A stretch of 64,000 nt of DNA from an uncultured Anaerolineaceae bacterium (GCA_964579825.1 CAZOHT010000004.1:16558-80557); one strand, 5' to 3'. Numbered from the stretch's first letter, positions 54,756 to 64,000 are shown. Numbers and translations are program-made. The notes: a model not told the origin generated them from the letters alone.

Positions 54756-56086
54756 CAGATGGCCTCCGGACTCGTGGGTCGCGAGCGACGACGGCGCAGG
54801 CGCCAGCGCCGTGTCGGTGAGACGAACTGGATGGAGATGAGCAGGAAGACGATCGTCAGGATCAGCCACGTGGCCATGGCCCGCGGCCAGAACGCGTCGC
54901 GAACGACCCCGAAGGCGGCGACGTCGACGGCGACCTGGCGCTCGTTGACCGGCCCACCTTCGGCCCCGATCACCATGCCCGAGTCGTCGATGATCACGCC
55001 CTTGCCGGGGATCGGGACGGGCATCGGGGCGGGCACGGGGACCCCGCCACCGCCGGTGTTGTCGTCGAAGGTCGTGCCCTGGGCACTCGGGACGAGGCCG
55101 GTCAGGATGCCGCACCACGTGCCACCGAACGACTCGGTGCCACACAGGACGTCGACCTGGGCGAGGAACGGGTTGACGTAGGCGATGACCGCTGGCGGGC
55201 TGCCCTTGATCGGACCCTGGCCCCGGCCGTTGTCGTCGTTGGCCAGCACGTTCCAGAAGATGAGCAGGAAGGCGGACCCGACGGTGATGGCGAGGACCCC
55301 GAAGATCGAGATCGCCGTCGCCGCCTGCGTCCGCTTGACGAGGCTCGAGCAGCACAGACCGAACGCCCCGAGCCCGAGCGCCGTGACCAGGAGCACGGCG
55401 TACGAACGGACGACATCCTCCGGTCCGACGCCGCCGAACACGAACACGATCGCCGTCAGCGGGATCGAGGCCAGGATGAGCAGGAACACGTAGGTCAGGG
55501 CGCTCAGCAGCTTGCCCAGGACGATCGCCGGCGACGAGATCGGCGTCGTGACCAGCAAGCCGAGGGTCTGCTTCTCGCGTTCGAGACTGATCGCGCCCGC
55601 GGTCGACGCCGGGGCGAGGAAGACCACCTGGAGGGTCTCGAGCATGATCATCGCGGCGAAGATCGCCTGGCCGATCGACGCCGAGGCGAATGCGGCGGAC
55701 TGGCCGAAGCTGTTCTGGTAGGACGTTTCCATGAGCAGCTCCACCATCCAGGCGAAGCCGCCCAGGAGGAACAGGTACAGGGTCAGGATCACGAACGCGC
55801 GTCGGCCGCGCATCCGGCCGCGCAGTTCCTTGACGCTGATGGCGGTGATGCCCCCGGCCGTGTGGCGCAGGGCCGCGATCGGGTGGGGTCGTGTGCGCGG
55901 GTGCGCCGTCGGGCTGTCGGGGTCGGGCGGCAGGACGGCGGCGGTCGCGATGGGCGTGACGGCCTCGGTCTCCACCGCCGGCAGCGGCAGGGCGGCGTCG
56001 GCCTCGAGGGTCGCGTCGGCATCGACGACCGCGTCATCGGCACCCGTGATCGAAGCGTCCATCGGCGGGTGCATCGGGTCCGTCAT
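54755..56086 (-). CDS. ABC-2-type transporter permease with N-terminal extension and large extracytoplasmic loop
   Basis: 443 aa, about 6 TM, with a Gly/Pro-rich loop before the last TM. ATGA overlap with the ATPase gene. Confidence 0.75.
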   Translation of the reverse strand: MTDPMHPPMDASITGADDAVVDADATLEADAALPLPAVETEAVTPIATAAVLPPDPDSPTAHPRTRPHPIAALRHTAGGITAISVKELRGRMRGRRAFVILTLYLFLLGGFAWMVELLMETSYQNSFGQSAAFASASIGQAIFAAMIMLETLQVVFLAPASTAGAISLEREKQTLGLLVTTPISSPAIVLGKLLSALTYVFLLILASIPLTAIVFVFGGVGPEDVVRSYAVLLVTALGLGAFGLCCSSLVKRTQAATAISIFGVLAITVGSAFLLIFWNVLANDDNGRGQGPIKGSPPAVIAYVNPFLAQVDVLCGTESFGGTWCGILTGLVPSAQGTTFDDNTGGGGVPVPAPMPVPIPGKGVIIDDSGMVIGAEGGPVNERQVAVDVAAFGVVRDAFWPRAMATWLILTIVFLLISIQFVSPTRRWRLRRRRSRPTSPEAI

Positions 56087-57048
56087 GACGCCACATCCAG
56101 GGGCTCGCGGTCCGGGGCGGTGACCTGCAGGAACAGTTCCTCGAGGTCGCTCGCCGCCCGGGCGAACGTCACGACCGGCAGGCCATCGCGGACGAGGTGG
56201 GCGAGGAGCCGGGCCGAGGACTCGTCGTCCCCGCGGAACCCGACCTCGACGGTGCCGTCCTCAAGGATCTCGGCGGTCGCGACATCGGGGTCCAGTGCCA
56301 GTCGTTCGCGGGCAGCTTCGAGGGCCTCGCCCTCGAGCAGCAGGCGGATGCGGAGCACGGCGCCGAACCGAAGGCGTCGCTCGATGTCGCTCACCTTGCC
56401 CTGGGCCAGGACCTGGCCGCGATCGACGATGGCGACGCTGGTGCACAGCTCCTCGAGCTCCGGGAGGATGTGGCTGCTGATGAGGATCGTCTTGCCCAGG
56501 ACGCGCAGCTCGCGGAGCAGTTCGCGCAGCTCCACACGGGCGCGCGGGTCGAGGCCGGACGCCGGCTCGTCGAGCAGCAGCACCTGCGGATCGTGGACGA
56601 GCGCGTGGGCCAGGCACAGGCGCTGCTCCATGCCGCGCGAGAGCGTCTGGACGTAGTCGTCACGCTTGTCGGCGAGGTCCACCAGCTCGAGCAGATCGCC
56701 GATCGTCCGGCGCCGCGTCGAAGCCGACAGGCCGTAGCAGCGCCCGAAGAAGTCCAGGTACTCCCAGACCTTCATGTCGTCGTAGACCCCGAAGACGTCC
56801 GGCATGAACCCGAGGACGCGCCGGACCTGGTCCGGGTTCCGTGTCACGGACCAGCCGGCGATCTCGGCGGTCCCCGCCGACGGCTGCAGGAGCGTGGCCA
56901 GGATCTTGAGCGTCGTGGACTTGCCGGCGCCGTTCGGGCCGACCAGGCCGAAGATCTCGCCCGGCTCCACCGACAGGTCCACGCCGGCCACGGCGACGGT
57001 CGTCGCATAGCGCTTGACCAGGCCCTCGGTCCGGACGATCGGGCTCAT
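56083..57048 (-). CDS. ABC transporter ATP-binding protein
   Basis: GPNGAGKST, LSRGMEQRL, LLLDEP. ATGA overlap with the upstream gene. Confidence 0.9.
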   Translation of the reverse strand: MSPIVRTEGLVKRYATTVAVAGVDLSVEPGEIFGLVGPNGAGKSTTLKILATLLQPSAGTAEIAGWSVTRNPDQVRRVLGFMPDVFGVYDDMKVWEYLDFFGRCYGLSASTRRRTIGDLLELVDLADKRDDYVQTLSRGMEQRLCLAHALVHDPQVLLLDEPASGLDPRARVELRELLRELRVLGKTILISSHILPELEELCTSVAIVDRGQVLAQGKVSDIERRLRFGAVLRIRLLLEGEALEAARERLALDPDVATAEILEDGTVEVGFRGDDESSARLLAHLVRDGLPVVTFARAASDLEELFLQVTAPDREPLDVAS

Positions 57049-59486
57049 CGGACCGTCCCGCCGATCGACAGGCCGGCGCTGAACCCGACGCCGTCACTCT
57101 GGTCGTTGACGAATCGGATGAGGACCGTGCCGCTGTTCTCGTCCACGTAGCGGGCGGGTTCGGCGACGCTGTAGCGGTTGCCGGCCGCGAGGTGCGGCAG
57201 GCGGACCCACTCGGACGTCGTCAGGTCGAAGAGCTCGGTCTCGGGGAGCCCGTCCAGGATCGGCTGGACGCAGTCGTCGGTGACATCGGCGGAGCACACG
57301 ACCGGGATCGCATCGAGCGGCGAGACCTCGGTCGGCTGCCCGAAGCCGATGTCACCGCCGAAGTTGAGCCCGATCAGCAGCTCGTCGGTCTCGATCGTGC
57401 CGTTCATCGCGATCGGACGGTACGCCAGGGTCGCGCTCCCGCGCCCGAAGTTCATGCTGAACGGGTCCTTGCTGAAGAACGCCGCGTCCGACCCCACGAC
57501 GCTGGAGCGAAGCAGGTCGGAGCCGAACGTGACCTTGCCGCTGACATCGACCGACGTGGGCAGGTAGTAGAGCGTGTTCCCGGTCCGGCGCGGCTCCTGG
57601 CCATCGATCTCGACCGACAGTGCGGACCCGCCCGTCCAGGCGAGGATGACCGCGCCGTCGGCCGGGAGCTGGTTGGTCGAGCCGAAGTTCGGGTCGTAGG
57701 TCAGCTGGTCGATGACCGCGTGGCGGATGTACGTCTCGCTGTCCGGGTTGCCGCCGTCCCCGTCGAAGAACAGCTGGCCCACGACCAGGTCGGACAGCGG
57801 CTGTCCGAACTGGTTCGCCCCATTCTGGATCGGGACGTCGACCGTTTGCTCCGTGCCCGGTTCGAGGTCCTTCAGGATCGCGACGGTGGCCCCCAGGACC
57901 ACGGCCGGGCGCTCCAGCTTGACGTCGGACGCGTTGCGGACCGTGCCCTTGAGGCGGCCGTCCTCGAGGCGGAGCGACGCCTGGACGAGGGGCACGTCCA
58001 TCGCCGTCTCGGCCCGGACGGTCCGCAGCGATCCGAACCCGACCGTCAGGTCGCGCACGCGCGACGGATCTCCCTGGAGGACGTCCAGGGCGGTCCCGGA
58101 CGTGCCCGTTCCGAACATGTCCCCGTTCACCGGCGGGGAGAGCAGCGCGCCGCCCGGGACCCGGACCTGGTAGGTGCCACGCGACGGGGAGAAGATGCCG
58201 ATGTAGACCTGTGCCGTCCCGTCGGTGGCGCCCGGCGCGCCGCGGACCAGGGCGATCTGGTTGACGATGACCTCGCTGCCGCGGAGGGTGGCCCCGAAGG
58301 CATAGGCGCCGACCGCGAAGATCGCGATGAGCGCGGGGATCGTGGCCCACGCCCATTCACGCCGGCCGATCCGCCGCAGGACGAGGTAGTTGATGGGACC
58401 GACCAGCAGGATGTAGGCGCCGAGCAGGGCGAACAGGCCCCCGATCGGTGGCAGGGCGAGCGATGGCAGCTGCGCCACCGCTCCCACGAGTTGACTGTCA
58501 TCGGAGAGCGACAGACCGGCGTTCAGTCGCTGTGGCAGGAGGCGGCGCCAGAACGAGTCGGCCGACGTCCCACCCGCGAGCCACTCGACGGTCGGATCGA
58601 ACCCGATCAGCGCGGTGGAGCCGCTGCCGTACGCGCGTTCTGCGGCGATGACCCGGTCGCCGACACTCACCAGCGCCCGTCCGGCGACCAGTTCGCCGCC
58701 CAGGGCCGGCAGATCGGTCGCACCAGACGGGGCGGCGCCGAGGAACGCGGTCAGGGATGCGGCAGGGACGTCGAGGGTCGCCGCGGGCCGGAAGGGGAGG
58801 AGCTCGTCGGGGAACGTCCCGAGCGCGCCGGGCCCGCTCGTCCCGCCGACGATGACGAGGCGACCACCGCCGGCCACCCAGCCGCGGAGCGCGACGACCT
58901 GTTCGGGGCTGAGTCGGCTGGAGTCCACGTCCTGCCAGACCAGCCGATCGAGCGCCTGCCAGGCTTCGACGCGCTCGGGCAGCTGGGTCGGGTCGAGCGG
59001 CACGATGACCGGCGCGACCTGGTTCTGGTTCGGGAGCAGGTCGATCCCGGCGACGATCGCCTGCGATCGCTCCGCCACGACGCCGACGACGAGTTGCGTG
59101 CCGTCGTGGATCGTGAACGCCACCTTGGAACTGGCGATCGTGTCCGCGCCGTCGACCAGGCTGAGGGTCAGTTCGCGCCCGAAGGCGGGCGGCTGGACGT
59201 ACAGGGTGTAGGTCTTGTCGGACTGGGTCGGCAGGTCCACGACGGTCCCGAACCGGGACGTGCCCTGCGAGCCGCCGGACAGGCGCAACTCGCCGGTGAT
59301 CGGCGGTCCGTCGTTCTTAAGCCGGACCGACACCGCCATCCAGGCGCCGATGCGCGCGTGGCCGTCGAGCATCGCGCGCGCCTCCATGGTCAGTCCATCG
59401 GCGGCCGCGACCGGCGCGGCGGCCGGCAGGAGGAGGGCGGCGACGAGACCCAGCCCGGTCAGCAGACGCCGGGTGCGCGACGTCAC
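57045..59486 (-). CDS. Large exported/membrane protein of unknown function (Tat-like signal, central TM pair)
   Basis: GTG 59486: VTSRTRRLLTGLGLVAALLLPAAAPVAAADG. An RLVIVGGTSG region suggests a GATase1/GldG-like fold. TM pair around GGLFALLGAYILLVGP..WATIPALIAIFAVGAYAF. The 5' part of track ORF 57045..60683 is shadow of the opposite gene. Confidence 0.7.
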   Translation of the reverse strand: MTSRTRRLLTGLGLVAALLLPAAAPVAAADGLTMEARAMLDGHARIGAWMAVSVRLKNDGPPITGELRLSGGSQGTSRFGTVVDLPTQSDKTYTLYVQPPAFGRELTLSLVDGADTIASSKVAFTIHDGTQLVVGVVAERSQAIVAGIDLLPNQNQVAPVIVPLDPTQLPERVEAWQALDRLVWQDVDSSRLSPEQVVALRGWVAGGGRLVIVGGTSGPGALGTFPDELLPFRPAATLDVPAASLTAFLGAAPSGATDLPALGGELVAGRALVSVGDRVIAAERAYGSGSTALIGFDPTVEWLAGGTSADSFWRRLLPQRLNAGLSLSDDSQLVGAVAQLPSLALPPIGGLFALLGAYILLVGPINYLVLRRIGRREWAWATIPALIAIFAVGAYAFGATLRGSEVIVNQIALVRGAPGATDGTAQVYIGIFSPSRGTYQVRVPGGALLSPPVNGDMFGTGTSGTALDVLQGDPSRVRDLTVGFGSLRTVRAETAMDVPLVQASLRLEDGRLKGTVRNASDVKLERPAVVLGATVAILKDLEPGTEQTVDVPIQNGANQFGQPLSDLVVGQLFFDGDGGNPDSETYIRHAVIDQLTYDPNFGSTNQLPADGAVILAWTGGSALSVEIDGQEPRRTGNTLYYLPTSVDVSGKVTFGSDLLRSSVVGSDAAFFSKDPFSMNFGRGSATLAYRPIAMNGTIETDELLIGLNFGGDIGFGQPTEVSPLDAIPVVCSADVTDDCVQPILDGLPETELFDLTTSEWVRLPHLAAGNRYSVAEPARYVDENSGTVLIRFVNDQSDGVGFSAGLSIGGTVR

Positions 59487-59705
59487 GCGGCGCTCGTGGC
59501 GGCGTGACAGGCGGACGCGTGGCTCCGCGTCGGTGAGGGCGAGATCACGGCGACTCCGGGTGCATGCGGGGAGCGGGTCGCAGCAAGGACGCCCGAACCC
59601 CCCTGAAAGTTGCGTGGGCGTCCGGTGGCCATCCACGCCGCCGCTATCGTACGATGCGGGCGTCCCGTGACCCGTCGGCCGGTGTGCCGTCCACCCGAGG
59701 GTAGT

Positions 59706-60533
59706 GTGCCCGTCATCCGTCCCTTCCGAGCGCTCCGCTTCGATGCGACCAGCGTCGGCGACCTCGCCGCCGTGGTGGCCCCGTCGTACGACGCGATCGA
59801 TCCTGCCGCTCACGAGCGCCTGTTGGCGCGTCATCCGGCGAATGTCGTCCGCGTGGACCTGCCCGAGACCCGTCACGGCGACGAACCGGACGATCGGTTC
59901 CGACGGGCGGCCCGGTCCATGGCCGAGTGGCGCTCCGGTGCCATCCTGCACAAGGACCCGCACCCGTCCATCTACGTCTACGCCTGCGACCCGCTCGACG
60001 ACGGGCGCCCGGGCCTGCGCGGCTACTTCGCCCGGCTCCGCCTGGAGTCGGTCGGTGCCGGATCGGGGGTGGAGGCCGGGTCGCCGATGGCCGCCGCCGA
60101 CTTCGATGAACGGTACAAGCTGCTTCGCGCGACCGGCGTGAACACGAGTCCGGTGGTCGCCGTCTACGACGACCCCGACGATGCGACGACCGTCGGCCTG
60201 TCCAGGCTGTCCGCCCGGCCCCCGGAGATCGATCTGGTCGACGAAGCCGGCACGCGCCATCGCGTGTGGGCCGTGGCAGCCGATGGCGGCGGCGAGACCG
60301 CGGCGGCCGTCGAAGCGTTGCTCCGGCCGGCAGCCACGGGCCCGGTCCGGGTCGTCGCGGGCCGTTCGACGTACGATGCCGCCCTGCGCTACCGCGACGA
60401 ACGGCGCATGAGCCGGTCCTGTGAAGAGGACCCGGCATTCGACTACCTCCTGGCCCTGCTGGTGGCCGGGACGGACCGCCCGACCATCCCGACGGCCCCG
60501 ACGGGCCTCGTCATCAACCCGCACGAGTGGTGA
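59706..60533 (+). CDS. DUF1015-like protein, apparently degenerate and C-terminally short
   Basis: VPVIRPFRALRF..VVAPSYDAI resembles the DUF1015 N-terminus. The expected PHE.T and ADGHHRY positions read EAGSP and VAGRSTY. The ORF ends at GLVINPHEW. Confidence 0.55.
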   Translation: MPVIRPFRALRFDATSVGDLAAVVAPSYDAIDPAAHERLLARHPANVVRVDLPETRHGDEPDDRFRRAARSMAEWRSGAILHKDPHPSIYVYACDPLDDGRPGLRGYFARLRLESVGAGSGVEAGSPMAAADFDERYKLLRATGVNTSPVVAVYDDPDDATTVGLSRLSARPPEIDLVDEAGTRHRVWAVAADGGGETAAAVEALLRPAATGPVRVVAGRSTYDAALRYRDERRMSRSCEEDPAFDYLLALLVAGTDRPTIPTAPTGLVINPHEW

Positions 60534-60537
60534 CCGC

Positions 60538-61416
60538 ATGACCGACAAGACCCCCGAAGCGATCCTCAACCAGGCCCAGGTCGCGCCGGTCAACGGCCGA
60601 CCGGTGCGCAAGGACGAGATCGAGCTGCACGACCGCGGCCTGTATATCGAGTCGTGGCTGCCGGAGCGCCGATCGCGCCGCAAGCCCCTCCTGTTCGTCC
60701 ACGGCGAGCTGACCGGCTCGTGGGTATGGGAGCGCTACCTGGGGTACTTCGCTGGCCGGGGCTGGGAAGGCCACGCGCTCAACCTGCGCAACCACTACTG
60801 GTCGCAGACCGCCGATCCCGCGACGTTGTCGTTCGACACGTACACCGAGGACGTCGTCGCCGCGATGGAGCGGCTCGGGCCGTCGGTCGTGGTCATCGGT
60901 CACGGCATGGGCGGCCTCCTTGCCCTGAAGGCGGCCGAGCGGATGGCCATCTCGGGCATCGTGCTCATCAGTCCGGAGCTGCCGCGCGACCTGCGTCCGG
61001 GTGGGCGATCCCACGAGCTGCGCGAGATCCCCGAGGTCTATGGACGATCGATGATCGGCTGGGAGACGCTCCCCGAGCGCCTGCTTCGGGACGATCGCGA
61101 CCTGACCCTGCCCGACGTCCTGCGCATCCAGCATATGCTCGGCCAGAAGCCGCACGAAGCCGGTGCGGCCCGACGCCAGATGATCGCCGGGGTGCCGGTC
61201 GACCGGCGCGGCGTGGACGCCATCCCGCGCCTGGTCATCGGTGGTGGCCTGGATCGCACCGTCAGCGCGGACGATTCGGAGCGACTCGCCGAGTGGCTGG
61301 ACGCCGACTACGAGCCATTCGGCGCGCACTCGCACTACGGCCTGATCGCCGGCGAGAACAGCTACCAGCAGGTCGCCGACGGGATCCGCAGCTTCCTGGA
61401 CGCCAACCGCCTGTAG
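60538..61416 (+). CDS. Alpha/beta hydrolase
   Basis: MTDKTPEAIL...; LLFVHGE and GHGMGG nucleophile elbow. Confidence 0.8.
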   Translation: MTDKTPEAILNQAQVAPVNGRPVRKDEIELHDRGLYIESWLPERRSRRKPLLFVHGELTGSWVWERYLGYFAGRGWEGHALNLRNHYWSQTADPATLSFDTYTEDVVAAMERLGPSVVVIGHGMGGLLALKAAERMAISGIVLISPELPRDLRPGGRSHELREIPEVYGRSMIGWETLPERLLRDDRDLTLPDVLRIQHMLGQKPHEAGAARRQMIAGVPVDRRGVDAIPRLVIGGGLDRTVSADDSERLAEWLDADYEPFGAHSHYGLIAGENSYQQVADGIRSFLDANRL

Positions 61417-61457
61417 GCGAGGTCTCGCCTCCCTCTGGTATCATCCCGAACCGCGCT

Positions 61458-61534
61458 GCCGCATTCGTCTAGAGGCCCAGGACACCGCCCTCTCAAGGCG
61501 GAGATCATCGGTTCGAATCCGATATGCGGTACCA
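61458..61534 (+). tRNA. tRNA-Glu (anticodon CUC), CCA encoded
   Basis: Cloverleaf folded by hand: acceptor GCCGCAT/ATGCGGT, D-arm GTC-TAGAGGCCCAG-GAC, anticodon stem CCGCC/GGCGG with loop CTCTCAA, T-arm ATCGG-TTCGAAT-CCGAT, discriminator A, then CCA. Very similar to E. coli tRNA-Glu. Confidence 0.9.
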
Positions 61535-61595
61535 ACTCCCGGTCCCGGACCGGTCGAGTGCGTGGTCGGCCCGCCGCCCGGATCCCCGATCGAAG

Positions 61596-62354
61596 CTAGA
61601 CCACGCCCAGGGCGGCCCAGGCGCGCGCCCGGATCGTGAACGGCTCACCGGGGATCAGGTCGCGACAGCGCTTCCGTTGCGCGGCCTTCGCCTCCGGGTC
61701 CAGGCTCCCCAGGTGCGCTCCCGCGGGCCCGACGCCATGCGTGAACGGCTCCCACCAGTCGTCGAATGTGTCCATCTCCAGGTCCGCGATGAGCACGGTC
61801 GACTCGATGTGGCCGAGGCCCGCGGCTTCGAACAACCTCGCGAGGTGGCCCTCGCGGGCACCGGCCAGGTCCGACTCGTCGTGGACCGTCGGGTCCAGTC
61901 GGCGCGCGGCCTGCCAGTACAGGCTGAGCGGGCCCTGCTCCCCGCCGTGATCCCAGACACACGCGGCGACGATGCCGCCGGCGCGGGTCACGCGGGCCAT
62001 CTCCGTGAGGCCGCCGATCGGGTCCTGCATGAAGTGGACGACCAGCTGCGCCAGCGCGACATCGAAGGCGCTGTCCGGGAATGGCAACGCCTCCGCCGTG
62101 GCGAGGCGGACGTCCACCCCTGGATGCCGCTCGGTGGCGGCCGCGACGAAGGGCTCCGAGGGATCGGCGGCCGCGACGGCGGCAGGGCCGAGTCGGCTCA
62201 CGAGTTCCGAGGTGAGGGCGCCCGGTCCGCAGCCCACGTCGATCGCGCGCTGACCGTGCTGGACCGACGCGAGGTCGGCCAGCTGGGGCGACAGCAGTCG
62301 CGAGAACCGGCCCATGAAGCGGTCGTACGACTCAGCGGCGACGTCGAAGCTCAC
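61596..62354 (-). CDS. Class I SAM-dependent methyltransferase
   Basis: IDVGCGPGALT motif I; 252 aa. Confidence 0.85.
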   Translation of the reverse strand: MSFDVAAESYDRFMGRFSRLLSPQLADLASVQHGQRAIDVGCGPGALTSELVSRLGPAAVAAADPSEPFVAAATERHPGVDVRLATAEALPFPDSAFDVALAQLVVHFMQDPIGGLTEMARVTRAGGIVAACVWDHGGEQGPLSLYWQAARRLDPTVHDESDLAGAREGHLARLFEAAGLGHIESTVLIADLEMDTFDDWWEPFTHGVGPAGAHLGSLDPEAKAAQRKRCRDLIPGEPFTIRARAWAALGVV

Positions 62355-62668
62355 CCTGCCAATCTACACGCCGTGCCTCGGCGATCCACAAGCCCGACGA
62401 GCTGGCCTCGGTCCTGGGTCCCGACGCCCGTGGCGGATCGCCGCCCGGGTCAGCATCCATGTCGCAGCCGACCCGAACGGACCGCGTGCCCTCTGCTAGC
62501 CTCAGGCGGCTTCCACCCTGCCTGAGATGACCGAGTGACGTCCGCCGAAGACTTGCGTAACCCACGAGGTGATCGGATGAGCCGGGCGCAGCCGTTCGGC
62601 GGCGCGTCCGTCCCGACCGGGTGGATGCCGCGGATGGGCTTGGCGCCGGGTCGCGGAGGGTCCGTCCG

Positions 62669-64000
62669 ATGAGCGGCATCGACCGCCGGGTCCCGCCCTG
62701 GCTGCCGAAGCTGGTGCCGATCGTGGGATGGCTGCCGCGCTATCCGGCCGGCGACCTGCGCCCGGACCTGATCGCCGGCTTGACCTCGTGGGGCGTGATG
62801 GTGCCCGTGGCCCTGGCCTACGCCTCGCTGGCCGGGCTTCCGCCCGAGTACGGCCTGGTCACCGCGTTCGCGGCCTTGAGCGCCTATGCCCTCCTGGCGA
62901 CGAGTCGCCATCTCAAGGTGACGACGAGTTCGACGATGGCGGTCATGTCCGTGTCGGTCGTGGCGCCCCTGGCGGCCGGCGACCCGGGTCGCTTCGCGGC
63001 ATTGTCCGCGGCGCTGGCCCTGCTCGTCGGCGTCCTGCTCATCGCCGGCGGCCTGCTGCGCCTGGGCTTCATCTCCGAATTCATGGCGAAACCGGTCGTC
63101 ACGGGCTTCGTCTTCGGGATCGCCGTGACGGTCATCGTGGGACAGCTGCCCAAGCTGCTGGGCGTCCCGGCGGGGAGCGGGAGTGTCCTCGGCCAGCTCG
63201 GCCAGCTGATCGCGGCGTTGCCCGACACGAACGAGTGGGCGCTCGCCATCGGAACCGCCTCGCTGGCCCTCATCCTGGTCCTGCGCCGCGTGGCACCCCG
63301 GATCCCGGGCGCGCTCGTGGCGATGGTGCTGGGCATCGGCGCGGTCTATGCCTTCGATCTCGACACGACGCACGGGGTCGCCATCGTCGGCGAGATCGCC
63401 ACCGTTCGACCGACGCCGGGACTGCCGGGCGTCGGACTCAACGACGTCCTGTTCCTGCTCACGGGTGCCGCCGGCGTGGTGTTCCTCGCCGTGGGCGAGT
63501 CGCTCGGCGCGGCTCGTTCGTTCGCGACCAAGCATCACTACGAGATCGACGGTGACCAGGAACTCGTCGCGCTGGGTGGCGCCAACCTCGCGTCGGGGCT
63601 GTTCGGCGGCTTCATCGTGGACGCCAGCCTGTCGCAGTCGGCGACCGCCGAGGCCTCGGGTGCGCGGACCCAGGCCTCCTCGCTGGTGACCGCGGGTCTC
63701 GTCCTGGCCACGGCGCTCGTGCTGGCGCCGCTGTTCGAGAACCTGCCGATGACCGTCCTGGCGGCGGTCGTCATCGCCTCCGTGCTGGGGCTGATGGATC
63801 CGGCCGCGATCGCCCGCTACTGGTCCTGGCGACACTCGGATGCCGTGCTGGCGCTGATCGCGCTCGGCGGCGTCATCGGCACGGACGTCCTCACCGGCCT
63901 CTCGATCGCCGTGCTGCTGTCCGTGAGCCTGCTGCTGTACCGGGCGAGCCGGCCGTACCTGGCCGTGCTCGGGCGTCTGCCGAGCACGCCACCGGCCTAT
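62669..64000 (+). CDS. SulP-family inorganic anion (sulfate) transporter; 3' end runs off the window
   Basis: Hand translation from ATG 62669 (GGAGGG 8 nt upstream): MSGIDRRVPPWLPKLVPIVGWLPRYPAGDLRPDLIAGLTSWGVMVPVALAYASLAGLPPEYGL..., typical of a SulP N-terminus. Open to the window end. Confidence 0.85.
   Translation, partial: MSGIDRRVPPWLPKLVPIVGWLPRYPAGDLRPDLIAGLTSWGVMVPVALAYASLAGLPPEYGLVTAFAALSAYALLATSRHLKVTTSSTMAVMSVSVVAPLAAGDPGRFAALSAALALLVGVLLIAGGLLRLGFISEFMAKPVVTGFVFGIAVTVIVGQLPKLLGVPAGSGSVLGQLGQLIAALPDTNEWALAIGTASLALILVLRRVAPRIPGALVAMVLGIGAVYAFDLDTTHGVAIVGEIATVRPTPGLPGVGLNDVLFLLTGAAGVVFLAVGESLGAARSFATKHHYEIDGDQELVALGGANLASGLFGGFIVDASLSQSATAEASGARTQASSLVTAGLVLATALVLAPLFENLPMTVLAAVVIASVLGLMDPAAIARYWSWRHSDAVLALIALGGVIGTDVLTGLSIAVLLSVSLLLYRASRPYLAVLGRLPSTPPAY

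Noticed and set aside
57192-59507. 771-aa plus-strand ORF opposite the 813-aa exported protein
   Set aside because: Shadow composition. The minus frame has a signal peptide, TM pair and operon coupling.
61458-62354. tRNA-Glu as an integration site for a genomic island
   Set aside because: No integrase, no direct repeat of the tRNA 3' end, and no obvious foreign gene block on either side. The neighbours are a hydrolase and a methyltransferase.

Overview
High-GC, gene-dense chromosomal window with no transposase, integrase, phage gene or CRISPR array that I could see. Gene content (three F420-type enzyme families, maltokinase, ECF YkoEDC, a sortase-like gene) suggests an Actinomycetota- or Chloroflexota-like organism; this is inference only. 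I call about 55 protein genes, one tRNA-Glu(CUC), one clear TPP riboswitch driving ykoEDC, and a structured terminator-containing leader in front of metY. There are also two coding tandem-repeat tracts and one pseudogene. Many track ORFs are high-GC shadow frames or carry false 5' extensions. I trimmed starts using recognisable N-termini, Shine-Dalgarno-like sequences and start/stop overlaps (ATGA, GTGA, TGATG).

Main leads, best first:
1. A ~15 kb run of translationally coupled minus-strand genes (59486->44186). It joins a large Tat-signal protein, an ABC-2 exporter and a coiled-coil (GQ)n membrane protein to a MoxR-DUF58-BatA/VWA module.
2. A small protein ending exactly in Gly-Gly with a ThiS/MoaD-like C-terminal pattern, overlapping the start of an 850-aa DUF4132-like protein (16808-19739).
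3. Two tandem paralogous N-anchored proteins of unknown function with internal repeats (37827-41136).

All family assignments rest on motif recognition by eye; no database search or computation was run.
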